A stretch of DNA of 60,093 bases, counting the filler, from Sphacelaria rigidula (taxonomy: Eukaryota): the NCBI GenBank assembly GCA_964200075.2. It is 5 parts of 5 records of this genome, joined end to end, with 100 filler letters (N's around TTAATTAATTAA, not from the genome) between each part and the next. Parts side by side here need not be neighbours in the genome. Positions count along the whole stretch, not along the records: positions 48,157 to 60,093 come from CAXNAA020004314.1; 4 more parts are not named here. One strand, 5' to 3'. The notes under the pieces were generated by a model. The model did not search any database. It was not told the origin of the DNA and saw only the letters and a list, made by a program, of their open reading frames with translations. Below are positions 49,076-60,093 of this stretch, in pieces (within the stretch, counting starts at the first letter, position 1; the number at the start of each line of letters is the position of its first letter). The position numbers were made by a program, and so were the translations under genes.

Positions 49076-50620
49076 GCGAGTGCTACGCGTTTTTCGCGCC
49101 ATTCTGCAGTACAGCAGTTGGCCCCTATACCAGGCAGGTATAGCGCGTTTGCGCGCAAGAATAGCCACTTTTTCATTTTTGTGTTCCCAGTGTGAACTGA
49201 AGAGTGAGCTGATTCCGTTCCCCCAACAACGTGTCTCCTATACAAGAAAGCCACTTACCCTCCAAAATGTGTGCGAGTGATCAAGATTACATGCAATAAT
49301 ATGTTCGTGGAATTAAGAGTAGAGGATACGATTGAGAGTGAGAATCGGTCATTTAGTAGATGGATCGTGTCAGTTCCGAAATGCCCCTCCACGAGGTCCG
49401 ATATGTGCTGTCTGTAGTGGCTTGCCACTGAGGCCCTTGATATCCCCGAGTAGGATATCGACGTGTAGCTGTAAGCACACGCCAGTGATGCAGGCAGAAG
49501 AAAAGGACGCGCAGAATGCAAGTTTGGTCAAGTTAATGCGGATGATGAGACCCACTCTCGATCAGCGCTCTGCTTTCAATCTCACGAAAACATTTTTTGC
49601 ATGTGTTTGGGACAAGGGTTTTCTAAATGGAACATTCATGTGAAGACATGCTTGGATACAACGGGATGCAGTGATTGGAGGAATTTCGATCAGCGATGAG
49701 TGCGAAAGTATAAATAACGAAGTGGACATGAAGCTGAATTCTATTCTGCAAGAACCTTTGCGTTCGGCCCCTATATATTTTCACTTGTACTGGTCGGGTG
49801 AGGTACACCCTTGTCAGTCGGCTGTGTTGTGCTTGGACCGTTCTGTCGTAATATTTTCCTCATCTCAGAATTGGCCCGACTGACAAACCGAAGTACTGGC
49901 GACTGGATGTGTGGGGCCTCGGTGCCTGCCTGCCTGTTTTTTTTCATGAGGTGGAAGCAGCTGCTGTAGGTAGCACTCACTCGCTTCCCAAATAACTCGG
50001 GATATCATCACATAAAAAAATCTGCGCGAGTTTTACATTTTTTTATTTTTACTAATTTTCCTGATGTAAGTGCACCACTCAAGTTTCCTCTTGATTAATT
50101 TTTTTTCGTGTTTTCCCCACCGATCATTGACGCTAACTCTTCAAGATGACCAAGCTTCTGTGTAGCTCGTGGTCCTTCCTTCATACCACTGTCTCATTTC
50201 TGTGTCCCCGGAACCCTTGAAATGGGAAGCATTCACGGGATCTGGTTCGCGGGAGCTTTGCGCCCATGAAACATGGGAGCCGCAGGGAGTCTCTGACAGG
50301 ATATGTAGACCGATTTTGGATGGATACCTTTGCAGTCCGAGGGTTAGAGCCTGAATCTCACATCGATGTATGTATCACGCAACCGAAAATCTAGCTCAGG
50401 CTGGTGAGCACGCGCTGATTGATACGATATGCTGTGACTGCTCTACCGTATCTTTTCAAGAACGGAGTCTGAAGTGGTTACTGCGTTGCCCGCAGAGAAG
50501 TTGTTTGGAAGCAATAAATCATCGTGCCAGCAGCAAAGTAATGCTAACACGGGGTGGACACACGCCAATATCCCGGAACTAAGAGACGAAGCTGGGGTAG
50601 ATACGGAGTATTTTAGGGTA

Positions 50621-50693
50621 CAGTGGGGGATCCCAATATAGTGCGGTGGGTTGCCAGCGTGGCAATCCCGCACTATGCTGGGACAGCACACTA
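50621..50693. mobile_element. Minimal hairpin/MITE with a Tc1-mariner-like TA-CAGTG end
   Basis: TCCCAATATAGTGCGG..GTTGCCA-GCG-TGGCAAT.CCGCACTATGCTGGGA stem-loop preceded by TA CAGTG. Confidence 0.45.
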
Positions 50694-51215
50694 TGCCATT
50701 GCTTGATATTTGCACACACCGAACAATAAACTACTTTGTCAAAAAAACTACTGCGTACAGTATTGATTTGGAGTCCATCGCAATAGACAATATATTCCAT
50801 ACTGTACGCAGTACATTTTTCGGCAGCGTTATCCATTGTCATCATCCAGGGTGTGGATATTTGCTCAGCGGATTACGCTGTGACACAAGCTTTTGACGGC
50901 ATTGCGGTGACCCAGCACTTGAAAGGCCCGCACTCTCGTGAGACCCACACTGAAGCCGGGGTACCGACCGAAATACAATATAGATGATTCCAGTCTACCC
51001 GACTGGTGAAATGCTGAACGGTACATCTATCTTTCCCCAGCCGCATTCCAAGAGAAGCAAAATTCGCCGAGCCTCAAACTCGGCGAAGTTGATAGTGGGC
51101 CGAAACTGCACCTTTCCTCGTGGATAGCAGTGACCCTGCATGTTTCTGTGGTTCATGCGCCCCGCCGACTTGACTTCTGTGTGCTGATGGAGTATGACAT
51201 TTTTTGGCGGCGCAG

Positions 51216-51290
51216 GTGATGAAAATGCAGCTGCCACCAGTGGGGAGCCCGATGGAGTGGGATGAGGCAGCTCTAGCGGCGATCCCAAAG
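51216..51290 (+). CDS. PREP: Prolyl oligopeptidase, exon B
   Basis: cgcAG acceptor and GTGTGG donor. VMKMQLPPVGSPMEWDEAALAAIPK; phase 0/0. Confidence 0.7.
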
Positions 51291-51501
51291 GTGTGGTCGG
51301 TCATCCTTCGTTACTTTTTTCATGTTCCATTATTGTTTTTGGACGTCGTCGTCGTCGTCGTCGTTACCGTTGCCGTTACCGTTGTCGTCTTCTAGGTGCT
51401 GTTTGTGCTGATGATGCTGTGTTGTTGTGACTTGTGTTGTTCTCATTCTAACCGATATCCAAGAATGCCTGCTGTCCCTTATTTCTGTTCGACGTTTTCA
51501 G

Positions 51502-51603
51502 ACTACGGTGGTTCCCGAGGACTCCACGGGTGTCTTAACAGAGGTGTCTGCCGTCGCCGGAGATCGCCTAGTCCTCACCTTCGAGCGCGACGCTTACGTC
51601 CAG
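51502..51603 (+). CDS. PREP: Prolyl oligopeptidase, exon C
   Basis: ttttcAG acceptor and GTGAGA donor. TTVVPEDSTGVLTEVSAVAGDRLVLTFERDAYVQ parallels PREP LVPEHEKDVLEW...LVLCYLHDV. Confidence 0.85.
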
Positions 51604-52732
51604 GTGAGAGCCAAACCGATTAGAAACCCAAGCAAGCATTCCACCATCAGGAGTAAATGTAACGGTTTCAATGGCCACATCCAGGCGAGAAAGACGACCC
51701 ACCGAGGAAACAAACGTACCTGTTCGGTCTCGGTTCAAGATGTGTTTTTTCAATACAAGCAATTAACAGCCGATCGGGATATTTTGTGGAATCATGGAGA
51801 CCCCCAATTACCGGTGACCAGATCAAGTTGGGCCGCACCTGAGTATATACCTAAATACTACGATTCACAAATACAGTTTTCCAGCGGAACTCAGGAGTGA
51901 TGCCGCGATAGACCCCCCCCCCTCGAACCCCTCGAAGCAGCCCCAAATATGTCACGAAGACAGTGGCCATACAGCGAATTCAGTTGGTTTCGGACCAGAT
52001 GAAGCACCTCGTATGGGCGACATTGGCGAAAATGATCCCAAGCGCGGGAGTTCCCAGCTGCTCGGTGTGCTCGGCTATTTTCATTTTGGCTTATATGTAG
52101 ATTTTGCCTCGTCAAACCAGCCACTTTCCGGGGGGGGGATTGCTATCGCGACATTACTCCAAATACGTATTGAGAGTGTTTGGTGTGCTGGGTGCTGTGG
52201 GGGAACGAGTTCATATTTCGCTCAATACATGGTTTTCTTTCGAGTATGTTTTTGTTCATCGGCTGTTTACCGGCGCGATGTTTGAGAAGTTGTGCCTTTT
52301 CGGACTCTGACGTCCAAAATAACCTTTATAATCGTGGGCAGGAATGGCGTGATGCATTCATTCGACACGACACGGCATACGGAGGTCATTGTCCAGTCGC
52401 AGGCCCACCATTTTTACTGTAGGTGGGAGTTCCCGGATGCACGACTTCGCCCGCATGATTGAAGACGTAACCCGTCGTCCATATTGAGCCAGAATTTGTG
52501 CGACATGGCGGGGTCAAACACGACCCATGGTGCGCACGTGCAATCTTTATACTGTTTTATGCTGCTGCTTATCATGTATTTTCCTCAACAGGGTGATGAT
52601 AAAGCTGTAGTCAAGGGTAATGCATTGGTTGTCTGTTCTGAACATGTGAAAATGCATGTCCTTTGGTGAATACGAGCTGGTCCCAGAAGCTGTCTCAGGA
52701 AATGATTGAAGAAGCTTTCGTCACTCCCAATG

Positions 52733-53215
52733 ATGCAGCTCACCCTTCATGCGACTCGCCGAACACATCGCCGCGCTTCGCGCTTGGTGAATGCGAGCCT
52801 GGTCCGCGAGAACCCGGCGTGCTCCATCCGGGCTTGTAGGGATGTGAGGACAACGGTCTTATGAAGTGCGGCGAGCAAGATCATTATAACACCCCCCGTC
52901 CGTCCGTCCGTCCGTCTCGAAAGGGATGCGTGGTCAATGGTCAAACGACTAAGGCAAGCAACAAATGAGTACGCCCAAGCAATCAATGGCCTTATGACTA
53001 TGGCATGCATGATCATGAGTACACCCCCTCAAGCAGGATGCAGCTCACCCTTCATGCCTTTCGCCGAACACATCACGGCGCTTAGCGCTTGATAATTGGT
53101 TGCGAGCCTGGTCCGGTGGAAACCCGGGGTGCTCCGTCCCGGCTTTGTAGGGATGCGAGGTCAATAGTCTTACTAATACTCTGTAAAAAATCATGAGTAT
53201 ACCACCCTCTACCCC
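52733..53215 (+). mobile_element. Head-to-tail stack of retroposon and LINE 3' fragments in a PREP intron
   Basis: Retroposon 3' pieces (52733-52845, 52985-53030, 53033-53200) and a LINE tail (52910-52976). Three of them end in ATGAGTA(C/T) plus C-rich sequence. Confidence 0.75.
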
Positions 53216-53375
53216 GCCATTTTTGAAGTTACATGTAAGATTCCCACACATTTTGGTGAGCGCTGTGCGCACAGCCGTACTGAAGGTTCTTCTTCAGCTC
53301 CGCCTCTGGAGTCGAGAGAATCTGGTAGTCCGTGGGTTGTATGTACTGTTCTCCACTAGCCAAATGTTGTGTTAT

Positions 53376-53900
53376 GTAGGGTACGGCTTTCTGTATACCC
53401 GGTGTATCCTCCCGGGTCTTTACCGTACCTGACAGTTGTATAACTTCTACGAGACTTTCATACCGGTACTCGACAGTTCTGTACACTCTGCAAGACTTTC
53501 GTACCATTACCCGATAGTTCTGTGAGTTCTGTAAGCCTCCCGTACCGTTACCCGGGGGCACGGGTATGTTCTTGATAAGGTTCCCGGTTGCGGGTACACT
53601 TTTCTGTGCAACCTCTATACCCTACCCGACAGTTTCTGTCGGTTTCGTACGGCCCCCCTCCCCTTACCCGTCAGCTCTGTGAGTTCTGTACAAGATGTTT
53701 ACCCGTACCCAGAGCGCGGGTATGCCCGTGAAAAAGTACCCGATTGTCGGTACGGCTTTCTGTAAGCCTCCTATACCCCACCCGACAAGTTCTGTAAATT
53801 CTGTAATACTTTCAAACCGGTACCCGACGGTTATGTAATTGCTGCAAGACTTGAATACCGGTAATCTCATTTCCTACATAACATACCCGTACCCCACAGA
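53376..53900. repeat. Degenerate ~42-bp minisatellite (probably TE subterminal repeats)
   Basis: TACCCGACAGTTCTGT.AGTTCTGTAAG-like unit recurring at ~41-42 bp spacing. Confidence 0.7.
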
Positions 53901-54818
53901 ATACAAAGTTGAATTTTATCGTACGCTGATGACTCAGTTCGAGATACAGAATCCAAAGGTACTCCCATACCGTGTGCGTGCGCACCATGCTTACCAGCAT
54001 GTGTACAAGGGTTGGGTTAGGCCGGTTCTGCAGTCCAAAAACCACTCCTAGAATCGTTTGGGTACGACTAATGAGTTTTCTGCAAGAACGCTCGTCGACA
54101 TTGACAGCTTTCCAATCTGTACCTTCGAACTCTGGAAACAGGTTCACCAGTTTTGTGCACCAAGATGGGGGCGCCCGGCCGCGTTTCGAAGTACAACGAT
54201 TCGCTTCGGAGAAATCTCAAACTACCGCATACTTCCGAGGGCAAAATCTAGGGGAACATGGCGGATGATACACATAACCCCGTTTCTGAGCCCCCGTCCT
54301 GTCTTCAGGGCCTCGTGCTAAATACTTCGTCGTGATCGGAGCCTTATCTTTCCACTCGAAGTATACTACAATTAGTATAAGCAATGTCCGCCCCGTACGT
54401 GAAGTGTTGTCTTCGCGGATTTGGGTACCAGTTCGAAAGGATCGATCGCTGCGCGATTCGGCTCAAGACACGGTGTAGCGTGCTGTACCTGCTCCGTGTA
54501 CGTCGCAAGAGCAGTTCCAGTCAAAGAAGTGAAGGAAATGTCACTCTTCGCGCTGGGTTCAGCTTCTTCTGCCAATTACAGTCGCAAAGTGCCAGTTGTT
54601 TGCGGAAGCATCTCCGACGGTTGGAGTATTTTAGATCCAGTTGGCATGCTTCACGGAATGCTTGATCTGCGAATTTTTGTGGAAGCGGCTAAATACCTTC
54701 GAGCTGAGTTTCACCTTACTTTGTCTTGTTCTGCCAACCCTCACTGATGCGACTCGTGCACACTTTCCATTCGCCTCGTGTCTTGCCATGTTGCTGTCGT
54801 GACGACCCTTCGATACAG

Positions 54819-54911
54819 CTGGAGATATGCGACTTAGCTGGGGGACACCGGAAGCCCATAGAGATGCCCAGCATCGGAACAATCGAGCAGGTCTCCGCTG
54901 AAAAAAAGCAC
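54819..54911 (+). CDS. PREP: Prolyl oligopeptidase, exon D
   Basis: tacAG acceptor and GTGAGT donor. LEICDLAGGHRKPIEMPSIGTIEQVSAEKKH parallels LQLHDL...PLDVGSIVGYSGQKK. Confidence 0.82.
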
Positions 54912-57528
54912 GTGAGTCTGCTGCATCACTGTAGGATGATGGTTGTGACGGCTGTTGAGTGGACAACGGCGCGTGTTTAGTGACTAGGAGCCAGGTTCCT
55001 TACAGGCCGCACGGTAGTTCGATTTCTTTTCGAGTCAATGGTGAACCGGCGTGGTGGGGGGAAGACGTTCCTACCAAGCTCCGAAGACCTTGACTGCTAC
55101 CCTACCAGTCAGTATAGGACACAGGCTCGCCCACTCCACGAATATAGTACAGGATACACGTAGATATAAACTCCAGGCGTTGAATCTGCTGGCTCTCTGT
55201 GGTTTGCTGCGGTTCCAAAACCCGCACGTGTTTTCCCCGGTTATCATGTCCGACCGAGAAATGGAGCCCGGTACCTGGCCCAACAACATGTGTACAACCG
55301 GACTGTGGTGGTGTACCCCACGTTGTGTACTATGGTGTGATGGAACAACATCATCGGTAGACTGCACCATCTCCGGCGCACGATTGCACCATTGACCTGC
55401 TGCTGCTGCGGTCGCTGGTACCTGCCACAGGGGTGGTTGTGGTGATCGATAGCGACTGAAGGCTGCGTTCATCAGTCGTCGTGTTTGGGAAGTCCTCCCG
55501 AGAGGCTGGTGTTGCTGAGTACAGTACAGTATCACCAGCACATACTCGGGGCGGAGCGTTAGTTGTCAGGGCTCTTGACGACTGAGTACGGCGAACGCGC
55601 GGGAGATTGTGCTGTCTACTGGTGATCTTGTTTCACTCCGACGTGAAGCACATCGTTGAGGGCAGTGCAGTGGTGTTGTTCACTTGTTATTCATTCGTTG
55701 CTGGGTCAAGTGCCGGGCTCAATTGTTTGCCAGGACTTTGATACGAGAGCATTGCACATTCGGGTCCTGGCACTGCAGCAGATTACTGAGGGAGATCGTG
55801 ATTGATTGCCCAGAAACCCGATCTGATCTAAGGTCCCAAGCCTTGCTAAGGTACACTCGAGTGGCATGAGGCAGTAGCACGACTACAAGGCGTATGTGTG
55901 ACAACCGCTGAGTCTGTCTTGTGTGTGTGAGTGTGTACTGTCCCTCCATACATTCTTGACGCCAGTCTTCCTTGGGTACGTGTGGGCGCATCAGCCGGGG
56001 TCACACAGAAGGAAGGTGACACACAGTAGCCTTGTATTATTTATTTATCCGTCTACGGCGCTCCCTCACTTTTTTTATCGAGAGAAGGGTTCGGTCATGT
56101 CTTTCCCTCGTCGACCGTAAGGTCAAATTTGGTGTGCCCACGACATAGCCGCTCTCCACTGTTGGGCCTGTTGTGAGGAAAATAATCAAGATTGTTCGAC
56201 TTCACCCAGCGTGGAACCCACGACTCAATCGTCACAAAGTTCCGAGATTACAGAACCACCGGGGCGACCGGCACCACTTCTACTAGTATCAAGATACTAA
56301 GTCAGATGGGGAGGTTTCTGAGTGCATCCCATCGTCCCTGTCGACTGAACAGGAACACGTGAGTGTGTTCACATCTCTTGAACAAGTACGATGGTGAACG
56401 GTGGCGTGCCCTCCAGGTCATGGTCATAACGTATTTGTTGCGCAGCGTGGGAACTTTCGGCTCTTCCGCTGGCCCAGAGTAACCAAGAGACCTGCCATAG
56501 CTGCATCGCGTCCGCTGGTAATTATCTGAAATGCGAACGGCACGTACCGGAAGACAGAACTCGCGGATCCTGAACGGTCGTCCTAAGCTTTGATTGGCGG
56601 AGTGTCGAGCACAATGTATGTGCTGCACAGGGTCTGCGCGTTTGTCACCTGCCGAGTGGAGGGTAGCCCTCGACGGCATTGGAGCCTGAATACGAGAGAA
56701 AGAAGGGGGGGGGCGGGGGGGTCGTTGCTTGAGATTGGTGTTGTTTGGCGGACTACAAAGATAATGATGGGGCAGAGTGGCGTGGGTGGGGGTCTCTTGT
56801 CTTGAAACGGCCCAACACAGTGACATCCGCACTTTTCTAGGGAGTAGAGAGGCCTGCTAGTGACGAGAGACTTATCAGGATACACCGGCCTGCCGATCGC
56901 CATTTCGGGAGGAAAAGTCGTTGGTACCGCCACGGCAAGGCCGGTGATGTGTGCCGCACTCCGTTGCTGTGGCTTCGGTGCGCTGCGTTTGTTTTTGTCA
57001 GAGTGAGGACTAACTACGCAATATAAAACATACTATTGATAGCATGTGTTTTTGCTCGTTTGAATCTCCAATGCATGTCCATCCAGCGTGCGCGTGCGCG
57101 TGCGCTCTCCGTGCAGCCGAACTGGGCATGGCCCCAATCGAGTGAACTTCTAGTTCATAATCGTGCTCTGCGGTTCGACCAATTTTCATGCCGTCTGGCA
57201 ACAAATTGTGCGCCCTATGACAACAGCCTGCCTGTGACGAAAATGCTTAATGCTGGTTGGACTTTACGCCGGTAGTTTCCGGCCCGCGTTTCGTGGCTTG
57301 AAGTCGGGTCCGTCCCATTCGAACGAGTGAACAGAGACCCCCTCGTCCTGCTTGGAACATGGCATTTTTCCGTGTGTTGAGCGGATAACGACTAGTATAG
57401 AATGCACGGTGTCACCGAACAGATCTCGGTTACAAATGGCCACGCTCGTTCCATGAAGTAACGCCCATGCTGGTGTTTGATGTTTTTGCTGTTCCCACTC
57501 TATGCGCGATCTACTTCGCTCACGTCAG

Positions 57529-57696
57529 GACCACATCTTCCTCAAATTTACGAATTTCGTGACTCCTGGCATGATCTACGGAGGCAACGTAGAAAAAATC
57601 GGGGAAGGGGAAACGCAGGATACTAGTGTGAAGCTGGAGGTATTCCGAAACACCGAGGTGCCAGGGATTAACGTTGACAATTTCGAGACTAAACAG
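57529..57696 (+). CDS. PREP: Prolyl oligopeptidase, exon E (catalytic-domain exons not on this contig)
   Basis: gtcAG acceptor and GTACGA donor. DHIFLKFTNFVTPGMIY...VFRNTEVPGINVDNFETKQ parallels EIFYQFTSFLSPGIIY...VFREVTVKGIDASDYQTVQ. Confidence 0.9.
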
Positions 57697-58082
57697 GTAC
57701 GAGGCGATATGAGCGGGAGATTCGGTTGTGCTTTTATATGCGATTGAGGGGTTCGGTTGAGTGCGTCAAGTGGGTAGGGGTGTGGGCGCGCGCGCGCGCG
57801 GGGGGGGGTGCACTGATGTGTGGCGTCTTCACCAATATGACACGAGTTTACCAGAAACCCAGGTCCATAACTTGAAAATACGGCCCCGACTCATGGGCTT
57901 CGCCTTGGCCCGCGCAGTCGAGATCCCTTGTTCTGTCGATGTACTACATACTACCTCTCTATCTCTATCTCCCTCCTCCCCCCCGAAAATACGATTTTGT
58001 GTACGTCGTTGATGCCCAACAACACCAAAGATATCACCAATCTCGGTGTTTCCGTTGTTGTTGTTTTTTTCTGTTTCTCTAC

Positions 58083-58490
58083 AGCGTGGTGTAATGTTCC
58101 GATTGTCGCCAATAGGGTGGAGAAAACAAGGGTTCGATTCCCGATGCGTTGGTTTTTTTGTTCGATTTCTTCAAAGCATCTTCTTTCCACCGTGGAAAGC
58201 GTGAGAACGTGAGTAAACAAAGTAGTCGACTGAGTTTGTTTGACGTGAGTTTATCCCGTGCGGGAGTGCTGACCCAATCCGCGAGACGAGAATGCAAGGC
58301 GCGTACGGGGGTGTACTCATCATCATGCATGCCACCCCCGTACACGCCCTGCATTTCAGTCTCGCAGATTGGGTCAGCACTCCCGCCGGCGTGTACAGGG
58401 GGGAGATGAGTTGATGATCCCTTGAGACCACGGACTCGCCCCGAGGACGGGGAAGGATTCAAAGTTCGACAAATAAAAATGAAATAATAA
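58083..58490 (+). mobile_element. tRNA-headed SINE with a long internal hairpin and A-rich tail
   Basis: A-box TGGTGTAATGT and B-box GGTTCGATTCCC. Inverted repeat 58260-58313/58333-58386. Homologous to 6822-7104. Confidence 0.8.
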
Positions 58491-60093
58491 TATATACAAG
58501 GTTCCCCTTCGGGAGGTTGGTACTGGCCTCCCGGGGGTGACGCAAGTCGAAAATATATCGGTGCTATTCCTTTTCCATATTATGAAGGCATTTGTGTGGG
58601 AGAATATGTACCTTCCAGTAGATACTGTCTCAGACCAAGAGCGGAGATCATCACGGGAAGAGGGGTGGGCACTTCCAGCATGAAAAGCTCGCTTTACGGG
58701 CGGTGTGCGGAGGTGGAAAAAGCACCATTATGCACGAGACCCGTCACAGCACACATCGCATGTGATTGCTACTGAAAAAAAGCCGCGTCCCGGTAGGACA
58801 CGGCAAACTTGTGCAAGGTTCTCTACATGCCGACCCCACCCCGCGCGCACGGATTTTAAATCACACTTGGTAGACCTAAAGAGATGTACGTAAACAGTGA
58901 TTGGTACTCGATTTTACTTGATTTCAGACTGAAGAAAGTTCTGAGAAAATCCATGATTTGTGGCAGGTGAGCAGTGGTGAGCAGTAGACCCAGATCGTCC
59001 GGAATGTGTTCTGGTCCAAATTTGGCTCGAAGGCGTGGATTTGAGCTCTCGCAACGCACGCTTTATTTGAGAAACACTCTGCACCCCCCTTGCCCGCGGG
59101 TTCTCGGTATGCCTTTGTCGATGTTAGGGTTAGGGTTGGCGGTATCTCCATAGCACCAACCACTGTGTACGTACATTTCTCTAGGTCCCCTCTGTTAAGT
59201 ACCTGCGTAGGGATGCATCCCTGTCACAAGGACATCCCTGCGCCGGTACTCACAGGTGTATCCTGTGAGGGAACTCTCTCTCACGGGTTGCATGATCACA
59301 AGGATTTCGGAACCCCCTTCGCTGGTCCTCCACAACAGGTGACCCACAGTGGGGACGTTTGGCCGCGCGTGTGCCTTGTTCAACTCACCAACGGCTCATT
59401 GCATGGTCTTGTGTTTGCTGCTGACGAAGGCGAAGGCAATGTTCAATCGTTTTCAACTGCTTTGCTCTCATCTTCTCGTGACATTCGCTGCATACTTGTA
59501 GTCTTCGTGCTCCCAATTCAACGAGAACGCAAACAAAATCATGGTGAAAAAATACCCCGCCATGAAAAGGCTATTGTCGTTCGGGTTCCTGTTTGAAGTT
59601 TTCCATCATCTTGTAGAGGCTTTTGTGGTTCGGGATCGACATCCCGCGAAAAAGAGCCAGTGTGGGCGACTTTCGATGGCCGGAACACGCGCCACAGGTA
59701 TTAGATGACACCCAAACCTGAAAGGTAATGTACCGTTGCACCTTCTTTTCGCACTGCATAATAAAGCGCCTGATAATATGCCTTGCCGCCTGAGGAAACT
59801 CGGCAAAAGTCGTGAAAAAAATGAAATGATACATGTACATATATATATATATTTTTAACACACCCTGGACAATGGACACAATAATAGTTCATTGCTTCAG
59901 CAATAGACACGGGGAAAAATCTATCGATATATATTATCGAACACGATAGAGGGTGAAGGACATCTATTGATATGCATTGCAAGGAACAATAGATGTTGCA
60001 ATAGTCGATCGATAGCCTATGGCAATTACAATAGATGAAGATCACTCGCCATCGATGGAAATGGTGTACCGCAATGGATGCTGGGTTGTATAT

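Noticed and set aside
53376..53900. Regularly spaced ~42-bp repeats as a CRISPR-like array
   Set aside because: The inter-repeat sequences are themselves homologous, the units are degenerate, the context is a eukaryotic intron and there are no cas genes. It is a minisatellite.
54001..54030. VYKG peptide as exon 2 of the Fused-like kinase
   Set aside because: No AG acceptor, the downstream residues do not match a kinase, and it lies on a different contig inside a PREP intron.
59190..59870. Possible hAT remnant (TSPLW...C motif, CAGGGTGTG end)
   Set aside because: Too degenerate, and no paired TIR or TSD was found.

Overview
Eukaryotic nuclear DNA, most likely a brown alga or related stramenopile (inferred from ~50% GC, long TE-filled GT-AG introns and TTAGGG-like motifs). 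The window is not one locus. It is five ~11.94-kb contigs in descending length order, joined by 100-bp N-TTAATTAATTAA-N linkers, so adjacency across linkers means nothing. Contig 1 holds a 7-exon (3'-incomplete) golgin-like coiled-coil gene on the minus strand, head-to-head with the first exon of a Fused/STK36/TIO-like kinase. Contig 2 is TE-only: a cluster of foldback/MITE hairpins and a decayed Ty3/Gypsy element with near-identical LTRs and nested DNA transposons. Contig 3 has tRNA-Asn(GTT), an orphan low-complexity exon, MITEs and a retroposon. Contig 4 has a 5'-truncated LINE, its non-autonomous partner and exons of a probable type II membrane protein with a PAN/Apple domain. Contig 5 has five exons of a prolyl oligopeptidase (one GC-AG intron) with TE-filled introns. 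The most notable signal is a LINE plus a ~570-bp non-autonomous retroposon that share a 3' stem-loop/ATGAGTAC end and consistently abut poly(C)-rich tracts instead of poly(A). A tRNA-headed SINE with a 54-bp internal hairpin is also notable. No CRISPR, rRNA or clear viral genes were seen. All family assignments are from motif recognition, not database searches.
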